A stretch of DNA of 64,000 nucleotides from Lama glama (GCA_028534125.1 CM052818.1:42532001-42596000); one strand, 5' to 3'. Counted from the first letter of the stretch, positions 1 to 12,532 are shown. Made by a program: numbers and translations. The notes: a model not told the origin generated them from the letters alone.

Positions 1-509
1 CTGAACGTGAACTCTGCCTTTCTGGGTATTTGCTGAAGTCTTAATTCTGTCCCCCACTCAGCCCCTTGTTAGTATGTTTCACTGCAGACTGCATCTATTT
101 TTCTGTTTTATGGAAAACTTCATTAATACAGTTTTGCTGTTCATTCTTCTGTATGTGTAATGTCAACAGGCTTGAACAGAGCTCAGATAATTGGACGGTG
201 GGGGTTCTGAGCTGGGAGTTTATTGTCAAGTCGGCTGTCACCAGTTCTTCAGCAGTGTGGGGAACTCAACCATGCAAAGACCTTTCTCTCTTACCTGCAA
301 ATCATGCAGCATCAGCGCATTAATACAGACAGTCTTACAGAATGCTAATTTTGTCATCTGGAATCTAAATAATCAGTAACACAGCTAGAGAATGGTCTAA
401 ATTGTATGTAGTAGCAAAGGAAAAGTTTAACATTTTTCTCTCTGTTCGGCCTCACCCTTTGTGAGAAAGCCTGAGTGAGAATGTCTTAGTTTACTCATCT
501 GTGGACTTT

Positions 510-1370
510 ATTCACTGGTATTTGTTTATCCATCCAGTCAGTCACCATTCACTGGCCGTCTGCTCTGTCCCAGGCCCTCAGGCACGTGCTGGAAATAGAA
601 AGGTTAACGAGGCATCTCTGCCCATGTGCCTCGTGTTTTCAGATGAAGGGCGGAGGGAGACTGTACACTGTGGGACTTTTCCATACTCCCAGAGGTTATG
701 AACAGGAGCCCTGGCGGCCCAGCGTGGGCTGGAGTCAGGGGCATCCTCTGGTGGGGAGACACTGAGCCGAGTCCCAGAGGGTTGGCTGACCAGCAGAGGG
801 CCACCAGTCTCCCCAGCAGAACTAGAGTTAAACCCAGGTTTGCTAACTCATTGGGAGTTTTTAAGTCCTCTTTACCACCATGGCCTGCCTAGCAATGACA
901 TCCTGGTATAAGGAGTGGAGGGAGAGTGTGGGCCCTCGTGCATAGGGAGTGGTATGTACCAAGGCCCAGAGGCCGGCCACGGGGCGATGACTCGTGGGCA
1001 CATCATGCCATTTGCAACTGAGGTTTAGGAAATCTGAGCAAGGGGTGAGGATGGAGGGCTAGGAAGAGGCCAGGGCCGGGAGAGCCCCAGGGCCTGAGCC
1101 CAGAAGGTCATGTAGGTCTTACTCAGCCTGTGGGTCATGGGGAGACATCGAAGGGCTTTTACCAGGAGTATGACCTGCTGACATCTGACTTTGAGAAGGC
1201 TCATTCAGGCAGCTGTGCAGAGAGAGGGAGGGAGGGAGAAAAAGCGTCCTCTGCAGGACACAGCCAGCGGGGACAGACACAGCACTCGCTCGTGCAGACG
1301 CAGCACTGAGCTAGAGGTCCTCGCGGGCAGAAGCTGCAGGACCTGGAGCTGGACCAGATGTGCGGGGGCC
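510..1370 (-). mobile_element. L2 LINE fragments (ancient, degraded)
   Basis: An antisense L2 3'-end pattern (tcattca-like start, 'ccaggccct...gctggaaataga') at about 510-660, then L2 body motifs ('gaagggcttttaccaggagtatgac...tgactttgagaagg') at about 940-1370. Confidence 0.55.
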
Positions 1371-1592
1371 CAAGGCACGCAGTGAGGGAACGTCCCAGTT
1401 TTGCTGCCTGTGGACTGTGCGACCTTGTGCAATGCACCTGTTTTCTGTGAACCCCCAGCTCCTGTCGGGTGAGCCTCGGATCCCTACTCTGTCTCCTTGC
1501 TGATTCCTGAGGTGACCCAGGGAAGAAGCAAGGCAGGGTGCTGTCTACATGGTAAAGTGCTGTCAGATGGGATTTGTTATGATCACTGAACT

Positions 1593-1807
1593 CAGAGGGT
1601 GGCAAACGATAGCCCCAAGGATCAAATCTGGCTTGCGGACTGTTTTGTGAATAAAGTTTTATTGGAACACAGCTGCACCCACCTGCTGATGTATTGTCTT
1701 GGCTGCTGTCACACTACGATGGCAGAGTTGAGCAGTTGAGACAGAAACTGTGTGGCCCTGAAATATTTACTATCTGGCCCTTGACTGAAAAAGTTTGCTG
1801 GCTTCTG
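1593..1807 (+). mobile_element. MER58A-like hAT-Charlie MITE
   Basis: Reads 'cagagggtggcaaac...aataaagttttattggaacacagc...aaatatttactatctggccctt...aaaagtttgctggcttctg', with terminal inverted repeats. The degenerate 8-bp TSD is actgaact/acttaagt. Confidence 0.85.
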
Positions 1808-4324
1808 ACTTAAGTGATGGCTGATGGCTCTGCCAAATTTAATTATTAAATTGACATGGGGAAATTCCCAAATCTCTTCCATTTATTGATTTGGCTGTGA
1901 TCAGGCAGGAGGCTGGGGTGCTTGTGGGTGCCTGGCTTTCTGGTCCTGGCTTGGAATGATTTCTTGTAAGGAAGGGGGACAGTCAATTTCGCAGCCCTGC
2001 AGAGCTCCTGTCTCGTGGAAAACACGTGTACCGTTCACTCACATCATTTAGTCAGTTTCGTTCTAAATCAGCACCTCAGAAGAAACACAAAGGAGATCGG
2101 TGCCAGTGGGCTCCCTCTGAATCCCTGCACAACACATTCGCACTTCTTTCCTTTTCCATTCTTTCCTCGTAGTTATTTTAGCCTGATTGTTGTTCGTTTC
2201 ACTTCTTCTCGGATTTCCTGGAGTCATTCTGATTCCCCATTTTCCTCTCCCAGTAATTTTCTTTCTTCAATTCCAATTCACAACCTGGGTAGTAATAAGG
2301 AGAAACCCAACCAAATTATAGTCATTATTTCTGCACGGCTCGGCTCCAGCCAGCCTGTCACACTGTCACTCCTTTGGTTCAAGCTATTCCGGACACCCCT
2401 TCGCCTTTCCCGGCTCTGAGGATGCCAGTTGCATGTTTACAGACAGACCAGAACGGAAGCGAAAGGCCACCAGCCTCCAGGTGCGCCTCCATGCTTGTTT
2501 TTCCTTTCTTACCAAAGAAACCAGTTTGGAAGAAGTTTTTACATTAGGCTGCCAGCAATTCTCGGCTCCGGAAACATCAGGAGGATTTAGAACCTGCACG
2601 TGCTGCTAAATGTTGTCTGTGTTTAAACCAATAGAGAAACATGTGAGGCACCAACACAAGTCACCTTCATTTCCCACTTTACTTTCACGCGCTAAAATAA
2701 AGTCTGTTCCGCAGCCGACTTTGGAATGTGTGCTCTCAACTGTGAAAACCGGCCCACCTTCCCAGGCCTTATTTCCATTTAGTATCCAAGAGGGATTAAA
2801 AAAAGGAAAGACTAGAGGAAAGAACATCGGCGCTGGCAGAGCTCTGCGCCTCACTGTGCAGATGGTGCAGGGACCCAGATGTGCTGCGCGCGTTTATTTA
2901 TTTATGCGAACTACCATTGGGTGGCTGCTGGGCGGTGGCGGTTTCTTCATTTGTTCAGGCTTCATTCTTTCCTTTGTCTGATGTATGGCCAGAGATGACT
3001 TCCTGCTCCTGTCCTGAGCTGGTGACCAGAGCTGGGTGCCCCTCCCACATCCAAGCCCCCAGGCAGGTTCTCCGTCCAGGCTCACGTCTCCTTCTGGTCC
3101 ACCCCAGAAGGGTTTATTCCCTCCCTCCCTCTGCCTCAGGGATTTCTCCACGTCTCACAAGTGGGGTCCTGCCCCATCAGCCCTCTGGCCCTCCTGCCCT
3201 ATAGCTGCTCCTGTTGGAAGGGTTTCTATGGAAGAAGACACAGATGGAGGGAGGAGATGTGGGAGAGCAAACAATGTTCTGAATGTCAGAATTTGCACGG
3301 TCGTTTGCCCGGGACTGAGGCTCCTGATTTCCTCTGAAGATGGACCTGGATTTGTGCACAGAGAGACGCTGACTTCTTTGATTCCTGAGGAGGTCCTTGA
3401 ACCTCCCATCATGGGCACTCAGCTCTGCCTTCCTCCAGAAAGCCCTCTCTGTATTCTCATCCAGGTCTGGGGCACTGTCCAGGTGAGCCCACAGGTGGGG
3501 ACCTGTGTTCCCAACAGCAGTGAGGTTCGCTCTCTGCTCAGGGGACATGAGGTGGCTCAGCTTGGCTTGAGTAAAGAGTGGTGTGAATAACAGAATAAGG
3601 GGTTTGACTTTATTCATCCCTTTGGAAGGATTTTGGGCAAAGGCTTGCTGACATGATCAAAGCTAAACTTCGGTAAATTTAATCTGCCACCGATGTCTAG
3701 GTTAGATTGCATGGGAAAGCTTAATGAGGCTGTAGTTCAAGGAAAACAAACTGATAAAAGAGAAACAAAGACTTTGAGACCGATGAGAGTTAAACTGAAT
3801 TCACCTCCAGGTGAGGCAGTGACAGCCTCACCATCAGAGGGCATAGGCGCCAAGGGATGGAGTCCTTCAGAGTCACTGTCGGAGAATGAGGCAGGGGCAG
3901 CTGCGAGCCCTGGGATTCCTTGGCGAGGGGGTCTGAGGGGGAGCAGCCCGTGTAAAGAATCTCCTAGCCCAAAGGCGAGGGTGGGGCTCATCAAGCAAAA
4001 AACTCAAGTTGGACAAGGAAGCCTGGGTGGTGGGTTTAAAGACGCCCTTGGCTTGTCAGTTTAGGATGGGCTGGTTGTTGTGAGCTGGGGGCCAGCTGCC
4101 AAGCCACACGTCTGGTTGCTGAGTCTGAGCCGTGCAAGTTCCCCATCGGGCTGTTTTTGCTGGTCCTAACCAGTTTTCCTGGAAGATTTTGCTTTGGCTC
4201 CTGATTGCTGGCGGATTTACCCTTTTAGGGTTCAAGGTCATTCTGGGCAAGTCACATTTGAGACTTAGCAAAGGTTTCCTTTATCAAAGCAAACCAGCCA
4301 GAAACCTTGGACTAATCAGAGATC

Positions 4325-4490
4325 CCTACCTGGCTGTGGTCTGGGCTCTGTGTGACCCTGGGTGAGTCACCATAACCTCTTTGAGCCTCAGTTTCCCTCC
4401 CTGTGATAATACTTACTTTGTGGGAGGTGAGGAATCAATGTGATAAAGAATGTACCGGACACACAGTGGGTGCACAGTAAACACTGGCAA
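4325..4490 (+). mobile_element. MIR SINE
   Basis: Core 'ctgtgtgaccctgggtgagtcac...aacctctttgagcctcagtttccct...ctgtg'. Confidence 0.75.
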
Positions 4491-5419
4491 GGAGTAGGAT
4501 TGTGCAGTGGGGAAAAGCACTCCAAGATGACTGAGGCCGCTTGATTGGAAGCCTGCTTCCTGCAGGTAGTTCAAGCTCCAGGGAAGCACCTTCCAAAGGC
4601 CTTGAGCTGGGTCAGCCCGCATCACAGACTGATGTGCGCGTGGCTGGTTAATCCCTTCCTGATTCCGTGCTCACCACTCTTCTCTGCCTGCCGATCTGCC
4701 CATCTCCCCAGAGAAAGAGAAGATGGATCGCTACCCTCCTGACCTGTTACAAGATTTAAGCTGTCGCTTAATTTGTTCCCCATTAAGTGCAGACACATCC
4801 TCACCTCCTCACCTTTTGCAGAGCTTGGAGGGCAGGCTGGGAAGGAAGAGATGAAGTCAGGAGCTGATCGGCTTCCAGGGAAGCCCTGTCTGAGTTCTCC
4901 TGGCCCGCAGAGGCTGCAGGGAGAAATCGGTTCTCAGCAGCGGACAAGGCCCCTGAGCTGGGGCTGGGATCTGGCCACAGGTGCAGGGAGGGGGCCGATT
5001 GGGGGTGAAGGCTGTGAGCAGAGCTCTGCTCTCTGCTGCAGTGGATTTGTTTTTAAAGTCACAGCTTTCTGGAACCCCTTCACCTTAGGTTAGCTTTCCC
5101 TGAAATGCTTATCTTAAAAGTTCTGGCTTGTGCACAAAATATTGAGCTGGGCTGCATCCTCCGGACTCCTGGGATTGGATTTGAAGTAATCAGCCTTTGA
5201 ATTTCCAGGAGCCCTTAATCTTCTTTGACCCACATGGAGCCACAGATTAGCCTGTGAAAAATCACATGTAGCTATTTCTTTAAGTCCTTCCCTGGCTTAT
5301 TTCTATGGGGATTTTGAAGCATAGAATGTTTCTCAGCTGAAGGCACCTAAGAGGTTGTTAGCACAGGAAGCTGAGATCCACCTTCCAGTTGTCCCCGTGT
5401 TCAACATATTTATTCAGTG

Positions 5420-5640
5420 CGCAACTACAGCAACACTGCTAATGTGCTCGGTGCTTTCATTATGTTTGATCCTCCACGTGATCTCCCAAGACTGGAACTA
5501 ATGTTTCCATTTTATAGACGTGGAAACTAAGTTTCAGTGAAAATATGTCACTTGCCGAAACAAAGACATTGCCTCATCTGATTTAGGGTCTGGATTCAAA
5601 TTAAGGTCTTCTGCTTCCACTGTTTCTATGTCCCCAAGAC
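5420..5640 (-). mobile_element. MIR SINE
   Basis: Antisense core 'ccattttatagacgtggaaactaagtttcagtga...gtcacttgcc'. Confidence 0.65.
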
Positions 5641-6377
5641 ATTAGTCACTGCTGCAAATGGTGATTCATAGTGTCTTCTGTGAACCCAGGACGCCAGAGC
5701 AGATGTGGACCTACCATAAGTCCAATCAAGATAAAGCTTCAGGGCCCCTCATATCATGTTCATGTGATCAGGCCTTTTTGTAAGATTTGCAAAAGTAACA
5801 TACTGTATCTGTAACTGGTTAAGAACATTGTCTCTTTCTACTCTGGTTTCCACCTTGTTTTCTACGCCATCTCACTTCCCCTTGGTTCAGGTGGCATGGA
5901 ATGGCTATGGGCCTTTCTGGGATTGGCTAAAGGAGACTTGATTTGGGGGGTACATCTGCTCGGGCTCAATGGGATATATTCACACGGTCCCTGGCAGTCT
6001 CGGGGATAAGTTACTGCTGCTTGTCCCAGAGGAGCAGGGTTTCCAGGGATCCTCCTGATGTTGCTGCTGTGACTCACCTGGTACCAGGGCACAGCGGTGT
6101 AGGGTCAGAGGCCATGCTGTAATATGAACAAGTCCCGGGGCACCGGGCGTCAGGCCTGGCTGGGTGACGCAGGAGAAACACAGTATGAAATGCACAGAAC
6201 CAGGAGCTAGCCTGTGGGAAATTCTTCCAACCTTGAGACGTGTAGAACTCCAAGTGGGATGTTTGGTCCTCATCTAATGGTCAAATGGAAGTTCTCCCCT
6301 GTTGAGAAGATAGTCACTAGTATATATAATTATAGATTCACTCTACTTTTTCTTCCTAACACATTTCAAATTATTTA

Positions 6378-7319
6378 TTTTTCTTCTTTTCTTGTTAAAG
6401 TATAGTTGATTTACAATGTTGTGTTTGTTTCTAATGTACAGCATAGTGATTCAGTTATTTATATATTCGTTTTCATTTTCTTTTTCATTATAGATTATTA
6501 CAAGTTGTTGAATATAATTCCCTGTGCTATACAGTAGGACTTTGTTGTTTATCTATTCTATATATAATAGTTTGTATCTGCTAATCCCAAACTCCTAATT
6601 TATCCCTCCCCTCTCTCTTTCCCTTTTGGTGACCATACGTTTGTTTTCTATGTTTGTAAGTCTCTTTCTGTTTTGTAAATAAGTTCATTTGTGTCATTTT
6701 TTAAGATTCCACATGTAAGTGATATCATATGGTNNNNNNNNNNNNNNNNNNNNNNNNNNNNNNNNNNNNNNNNNNNNNNNNNNNNNNNNNNNNNNNNNNN
6801 NNNNNNNNNNNNNNNNNNNNNNNNNNNNNNNNNNNNNNNNNNNNNNNNNNNNNNNNNNNNNNNNNNNNNNNNNNNNNNNNNNNNNNNNNNNNNNNNNNNN
6901 NNNNNNNNNNNNNNNNNNNNNNNNGCTACTGTGAACATTGAGATCATGTATCTTTTTGAATTAGAGTTTTCTTTGGATATATGCCTGGGAATGGCATTGC
7001 TGGATCATATGGTAAGTTTATTTTTAGTTTTTTAGGAAACCTAAATGTTTTCCATAGTGGCTGCTCCGAATTACATTCCCTCTAACAGTGTAGGAGGGCT
7101 CCCTTTTCTCCACACCCGCTCCAGCATTCATCAGTTGTGGACTTTTTAATGATGGCCATTCTGACCAATGTGAGGTGATACTTCATTGTCGTTTTGATTT
7201 GCATTTCTCTGATAATTAGTGATACTGAGCATCTTTTCAGGTGCCTGTTGGCCATCTGTATGTCTTCACTGGAGAAATGTCTGTTTAGGTCTTCTGTTCA
7301 TTTTTGGATTGGGTTGTTT

Positions 7320-7352
<33 letters not shown>

Positions 7353-8134
7353 TGTTATTGAGTTGTATGTGCTGTTTGTATATTCTGGAAGTTAAGCCCT
7401 TGTCAATCATATTGTTTGCAAATATTTTCTCCCAGTCCATAGGTTGTCTTTTCATTTTGTTTGTGGTTTCTTTTGGTGTGCAAAGGCTTCTAAGTTTAAT
7501 TAGGTCCCATTTGTTTATTTTCACTTTTATTTCCATTGCCTTGGTAGAATCCTAGGAGAACATTGCTGTGATTTATGTCAGAGAATGTTTTGCCTATGTT
7601 CTCTTCTAGAAGATTTATGGTATTGGTCTTCTGTTTAAGTCTTTAAACTGTTTTGAGTTTATTTTTGTGTACAGTGTGAGGGAGTGTTCTAACTTCATTG
7701 ATTTACACGCAGCTGTCCAGCTTTCCCAACACCACTTTGCCAAAGAGACTGTCTTTTTTCCATTGTATATTCTTGTCTCTTTGTCAAAGATTATTTGACC
7801 ATAGGTGTGTGGTTTTATTTCTGGGCTCTCTATTCTGTTCCATTGATCCATCGGTCTGTTGTTGTGCCAAAACCATGCTGTTTAAGTTACTGTAGCTCCG
7901 CAGTATTGTCTGAAGTCTGGAAGGGTTTTTCCTCCATCTTCGTTCCTTTTCTTTGGTNNNNNNNNNNNNNNNNNNNNNNNNNNNNNNNNNNNNNNNNNNN
8001 NNNNNNNNNNNNNNNNNNNNNNNNNNNNNNNNNNNNNNNNNNNNNNNNNNNNNNNNNNNNNNNNNNNNNNNNNNNNNNNNNNNNNNNNNNNNNNNNNNNN
8101 NNNNNNNNNNNNNNNNNNNNNNNNNNNNNNNNNN
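6378..8134 (-). mobile_element. 5'-truncated L1 (3' UTR plus C-terminal ORF2), relatively young; contains two N gaps
   Basis: Poly(T) followed by the L1 3' end 'aagtatagttgatttacaatgttgtg'. Minus-strand ORFs 7285-7536 ([19 protein letters not shown]...WEKIFAN) and 7615-7851 ([11 protein letters not shown]...KWCWESW) are L1 ORF2 motifs. Confidence 0.95.
7313..7352. repeat. (GTT)n microsatellite inside the L1
   Basis: About 10 tandem GTT units are directly visible. Confidence 0.9.
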
Positions 8135-9624
8135 CATTTCTTTAAATCTTCTTTATAAACTCACTATACTTCTGTTATTTGGTGAGAATCATGTAAAGTG
8201 GAATTTCTCAGAGTACTTGTATTTGTAGCATACAAACCTGCAGCATTATCACAATTAGTAACTCTGTCTGTGCATAGAGTCACATTTCATGCATTCTCAA
8301 CTGCTGCTAATAAAAAAGAAATTTTAATCAATCATGCTAGAGGAAAGATTGAGTTAATTTTTTATTGTCTTTATATAAATAGATAGAGCAAATCATTATC
8401 ATATGACAAGAGGATCAAAGAGTTTGCAGGCACAAAATGTAGAGCAAAAGACTGTAGAGGTGTATCAGGCAGATAATTAGCGACAAAAAGTCTGTTGTTT
8501 TCTAGATTTTGTGGTAGATACATATTTGTCTGCTTTTTAAAATTTGCAACTTGGAATAATTTACTTCCAATTCCAAATAATTGTTTCCTTTAACTTCATT
8601 TTCATTAGTTACTCTGTATTACTTTTCGAACAGAGGACCCCCTCCAATTGTAAAAGTTCCAGGTTTCAGGTAAAGAACGTCCGCTCCTGGCTACAGAGCA
8701 ATTTTGTAAACTGTAAAGTGCTGTGAGTGTGTTGGCAGCAGTAGTGCCAGGCCTTGGTAGGTGGAGACAGGGTTGGGATGGGATGGGCAGATACGAGCAA
8801 GAGTACAATTTGGTCTCTGCTCCCATGGAAGTTAGAAACGGAGTCACTGGCCATAGTGGGGCAGACCATTAGGAGACTGTGACTGGTCCCATCACAGAAG
8901 GAAACATGAGGTTGTGTGGGACCAGAGACGGATCAGCACACCTGAGGCCCCCTCTTGCCCTCTTGTGGCCCAAATGCCAGCTTTTTAAACTGAGTGTAAG
9001 ACCTCAGTAGGCGCTCAGGGACTTTCTTGGTGGTAGTGGAAGGAAAGCCATTGCAAATCTCACCCCAGAGAAGAACAGAGCACCTTCGTGAATCCGAGCG
9101 CCAGAAAAATACTGATGCTTCTGACCCTTTGATGTTGACATTTGGAGGATCAAATTGATCCCAGAAACCTTCCCATATTCTAGGCCCCTGTCAAGATTCT
9201 GCTCTTCAAGAACTTCCCATTTGCTCAGCCTCCAGGGACCTCCCTCAAAACTCCAACTGTCTTTCCTACCTAGGCTCCTCCTCGGATACTTGGCATCTCC
9301 TGCCACGCACCGGCTGGGTGCTCATGGGAAACTCAGAACCACTTAGAGACTCAGATTCCACAGCTGCAAGATATTGGAGGACAGTGTTCAAATAGCTCCT
9401 GCCCCTCCTTCTAAAGACTCACGGTGAGTACTAAGTGTGCGGTGGGGAGAAAGGACTTGGTGAGCTGTCAGTGGTAATGCTGATTCTCTGTACTTGTTTC
9501 AGGCTATGTCGAACCCTCCCAGTGATTCCTGGAAGGGGCACAGAGTTAATGATCTTGAGACCTCCTGCAGCTTTTTCTGGGGTGGTTGCTCAACTAAGAT
9601 TTGGGGGTGACCAGTGGAATATGG

Positions 9625-9860
9625 CTTGGTTTCTGGAGTCAGACCTGGGCTGGAATTTGTGTCGTCTTATAATCTTTGTGACTTTGAGGAATTTCCTGCG
9701 TCTTGGGCATCATTTCTTCATCATAAAATGGGAAGGAAAGAGAACTTCTTCAGGGAACAGTTGAGGGAATTAATGAGGAAATTTATATAAAGTTGAGCGA
9801 GTGAATGAGGAAATGTACGTAAAGTGCCTAGTACACCTGCTGTCATGTCCTCTAGTAAGT
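9625..9860 (+). mobile_element. MIR SINE
   Basis: Reads 'ctggagtcagacctgggct...gtgactttgagga...catttcttcatcataaaatggg...gtaaagtgcctag'. Confidence 0.7.
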
Positions 9861-10089
9861 TTTGCTCTTGCAATGTATTTGGAAAACCTTATAAAAATAC
9901 TTACAAGTATTTATTTCATACTGTGACTCTGCTAGGCATCAAAGATGAATGGGACTCAGGGTCACTGGTTGTCAAGAACGTGCGTTAAAACCAAAATGGG
10001 ATAACCTTAAAAAATACAGCATATTGGAAAAATCTAAGCTATCGGTACTATCAAGTGTCAGAGCACAGAAAAGCAACTCCTTTCGTTTA

Positions 10090-10285
10090 CTGTTGGCGGG
10101 AGTAGCAGTTGAATTCTTGGAGAGCAATTTCACAATTTTCTACTTAAATTTAAAATATGCATACACTTTTAATTCAGCAATCCATCCTCTCAGTATTTAC
10201 CCTAAGGGAACATTTACAGATGTAAATTATGAAAGATTTACAAGCGTTTTCACTGTAGCGTTGTTTACACGGGTGAAAAACTGGT
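10090..10285 (+). mobile_element. Old L1M (L1ME-like) ORF2 3' fragment
   Basis: Reads 'cagcaatccatcctctcagtatttaccctaagg...ttcactgtagcgttgtttac...aaaaactgg', the PAIPLLGIYP region of ORF2. Confidence 0.7.
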
Positions 10286-10946
10286 CTGGCTTTTCCTCTG
10301 GTCCCTGATCCAACTGCAGGGATGGGCCGGATGTGGGCAGAGAGCCAAGAGTCTCCTACCTCACTGTGCACCATGGGAGCAGGTGGCGTTCACCATCTTT
10401 GGCTTCAGCCAAAGCTCAGACTGCAGGAGCTCCGTGCCAGGTCCACTAAGAATGTAGTGCATCCTGGCTGGGACTTGGAGCCTGGACTGTGGAACCTTTG
10501 AGGTTATGGTCCTTAAATACTTCTCCAGAAATGAGAACACTGAGGCTCAGAGATGCTAAATGACTGGTTCAAGCTCACACAGCTCTTTAGCCACAGAGGT
10601 GACTGTTAATTATATGAGGTCATTGGTTGGTAATAGCCCTTGTAGCTCTCAGTCTCAGGTCTATTATAAACTCTCATTGTGAGCTTCTTTATACTTTGTG
10701 ATCGACAGCGATTGGTATATTGGTATAGAATACAATGTATATATACACTGTATGAAAACATTTTGAGACTATACATTCTCCTTCTATATTTGTAATCAAA
10801 TGATGGTGTGTAGGCTTAGCGGCAGATCTGAGACTCAAAACTAGGTTTCTGAGGCAGAGGGAGCAACAGAGAACACGCATGGTCCGTATCCTCAGGGATC
10901 TGATGTCACGCCTGGAGAGGCCAGCATGACACACACGACGTCCAGC

Positions 10947-11144
10947 CATGGTTGTCAGCTAGGGGGCGTCGACGCTGTCTGGAGGCATTTCTGGTTGTCG
11001 TAACTGGGAGCGGAAGGGATGCTGTTGGCATCTCACGGGCGGAGGTCAAGGATGCTTTTAAAATCCTACAGTGCACCAAACATTGCTCACGACAAAGAGT
11101 CACCTGACCCCAAATGTCAACTGTGCCAAGGGTGAAAAGCCCTT
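10947..11144 (+). mobile_element. MER20 hAT-Charlie MITE with a small 5' internal deletion
   Basis: 'tgtctggaggcatttctggttgtcgtaactggg...ggcatct...ggtcaaggatgct...aatcctacagtgcac...aaatgtcaactgtgccaagggtgaaaagcc' follows the MER20 consensus. Confidence 0.85.
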
Positions 11145-12339
11145 CTCGTAAATGAAATGCTAAAAGCTGTGCTAGTTAGTGACTGTGCACCAGAAATTCA
11201 GAGGTGGAAAAAGTCCGGGCATGAGTAGAAATCCTACCTGTAACCCTCTCCCCCACCAAGAAAGAGCATTGCCTCTCTTGCCGTTCCTGCCATCTGCCGG
11301 AAAGAGGGGTTCCCACACCTAGTCCATCCTCCTCCTTGGCAGCGGCATCTGGAAAGGAAGCCACTACCGAGGCCAGGGTGGGTGAAGGACGTGCTGCGTC
11401 CTGGCCATTCATCAGTGTTCAGGGCGCGTTGTAGAGGGTGCCTCCGAGATTTCCTGATTTGGCTTTATCCTGCTCGAACCTCTACCGAGTACTCCTTTGC
11501 CTTAAAAGCTCCAGTGCTCCGGCTTGGAGCATGACTGTGGTCCACAGAATTCTGACTCTGACCCCCCCCCCCCGCTGTCTCCTAACTGCTGTCCCTGAGT
11601 GCCACCACTATGAACTGGCTGTTCGAGAACACAGCCTGCTCTTTTTCACTGCTAAGACCTTCCATGCGATTTTTGGGGGGGGGGGGGCGGAAATTATGCT
11701 TAAAAACATCAACTTCCTGTTTTCCCAGAAGATGATTTTCTGAAGACAACAGACAGATGCTTAAATTAAGAGCAGAAATAGCATGATGAAGAGTTTCCTC
11801 CCTGGCAAGCTGTGGAGGCCGTGAGCCTGAATTTTTTTTTTTCCCCATGCTAAAAAGGCTGCCTTTCGGAAGACAAAATTACTAATAGTTTTTGAAGGAT
11901 GGATTCTTTTGAACATCATTCTTCCTGAATTCTCAGCTCTCATTGAAAGAACACTGCAAATGTTTGACTTGAGGGTCTGAGTTGAAAGCATTTAGTACGT
12001 GCTCCCTCCCCTCCCCTGCCCCTCCCCGTGTTACTCCTGCCTCCTTATTTGACAGGTGACCGGGTAACATGGAAAGGGCCCTGGCCAGAGCCTCTCAGAC
12101 AACGGCAGAAGTGAGCTGGATGACAGGTCTACACTCTGTTTCCTCTCCAACTTTAGCTCTTTGGTCTCGGCAGAACCATTGACGGTCTCTGATCTTCTTC
12201 ACCTGGTATCTGCAAAACTCAGGGCAGAAATAGATGACAGCTCACTCCCTTCACTCACTGTGGCATTTAATCCTGAGTGGTTTCTGTGACTACAAAGGTC
12301 TGCTCCCTCCATCCTTCTTTTTTTCTTTTCTCTCTCTCT

Positions 12340-12532
12340 CTTTTAAGATAAAGGTATACAGCATGGTGACTTGATATACATATACACAGTGAAATGATTA
12401 CTACGGTCAAGCTAATTAACAGATCATCGTTGCATATTATTACCTTTTTTTTTTGGTAATGAGAGCACTTGAAATCTACTCTCTTGGTAAATTTCCAGTA
12501 TTCAGTGCAGTGTTATTGACTGTAGTCATCCT
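12340..12532 (-). mobile_element. L1MA/MB-type 3' end fragment
   Basis: Reads 'aaggtatacagcatggtgacttgatatacatatacacagtgaaatgattactacggtcaagctaattaac...aaatctactctctt'. Confidence 0.8.

Larger units (their letters stand above)
5700..8689 (+). mobile_element. Zaphod/MER115-family hAT-Tip100 DNA transposon remnant, split by an L1
   Basis: The left end reads 'cagatgtggacctacc...aagcttcagggcccctc' and the right end 'ccccctccaattgtaaaagttccagg...gtccgctcctg'. A degraded hAT C-terminal dimerisation-domain frame is visible: SIMLEERLS* (8328-8357) and KSLSYDKRIKEFAGTKCR (8390-8443). Confidence 0.7.

Noticed and set aside
3036-3617. Longest gap-free ORF (184 aa, plus) and an overlapping 146-aa minus ORF
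   Set aside because: No recognisable domain, Pro/Ser/Gly/Leu-rich composition typical of chance frames in GC-richer DNA, and a non-ATG start for the plus ORF.
3801-3832. Short quasi-palindrome that makes both strands encode GEAVTASP
   Set aside because: The arms are only 8 bp, which is expected by chance at this window size.
7285-7851. Protein-like ORFs ([20 protein letters not shown])
   Set aside because: These are frameshifted L1 ORF2 remnants, not a host gene.
9340-9430. Isolated strong donor ACG|GTGAGT at about 9423
   Set aside because: No convincing upstream acceptor or promoter, and lone consensus donors are common.
9772-9825. 22-bp imperfect direct repeat in a MIR (similar small duplications at about 48220 and 54030)
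   Set aside because: Ordinary slippage duplications with only two units and no array or spacer structure.
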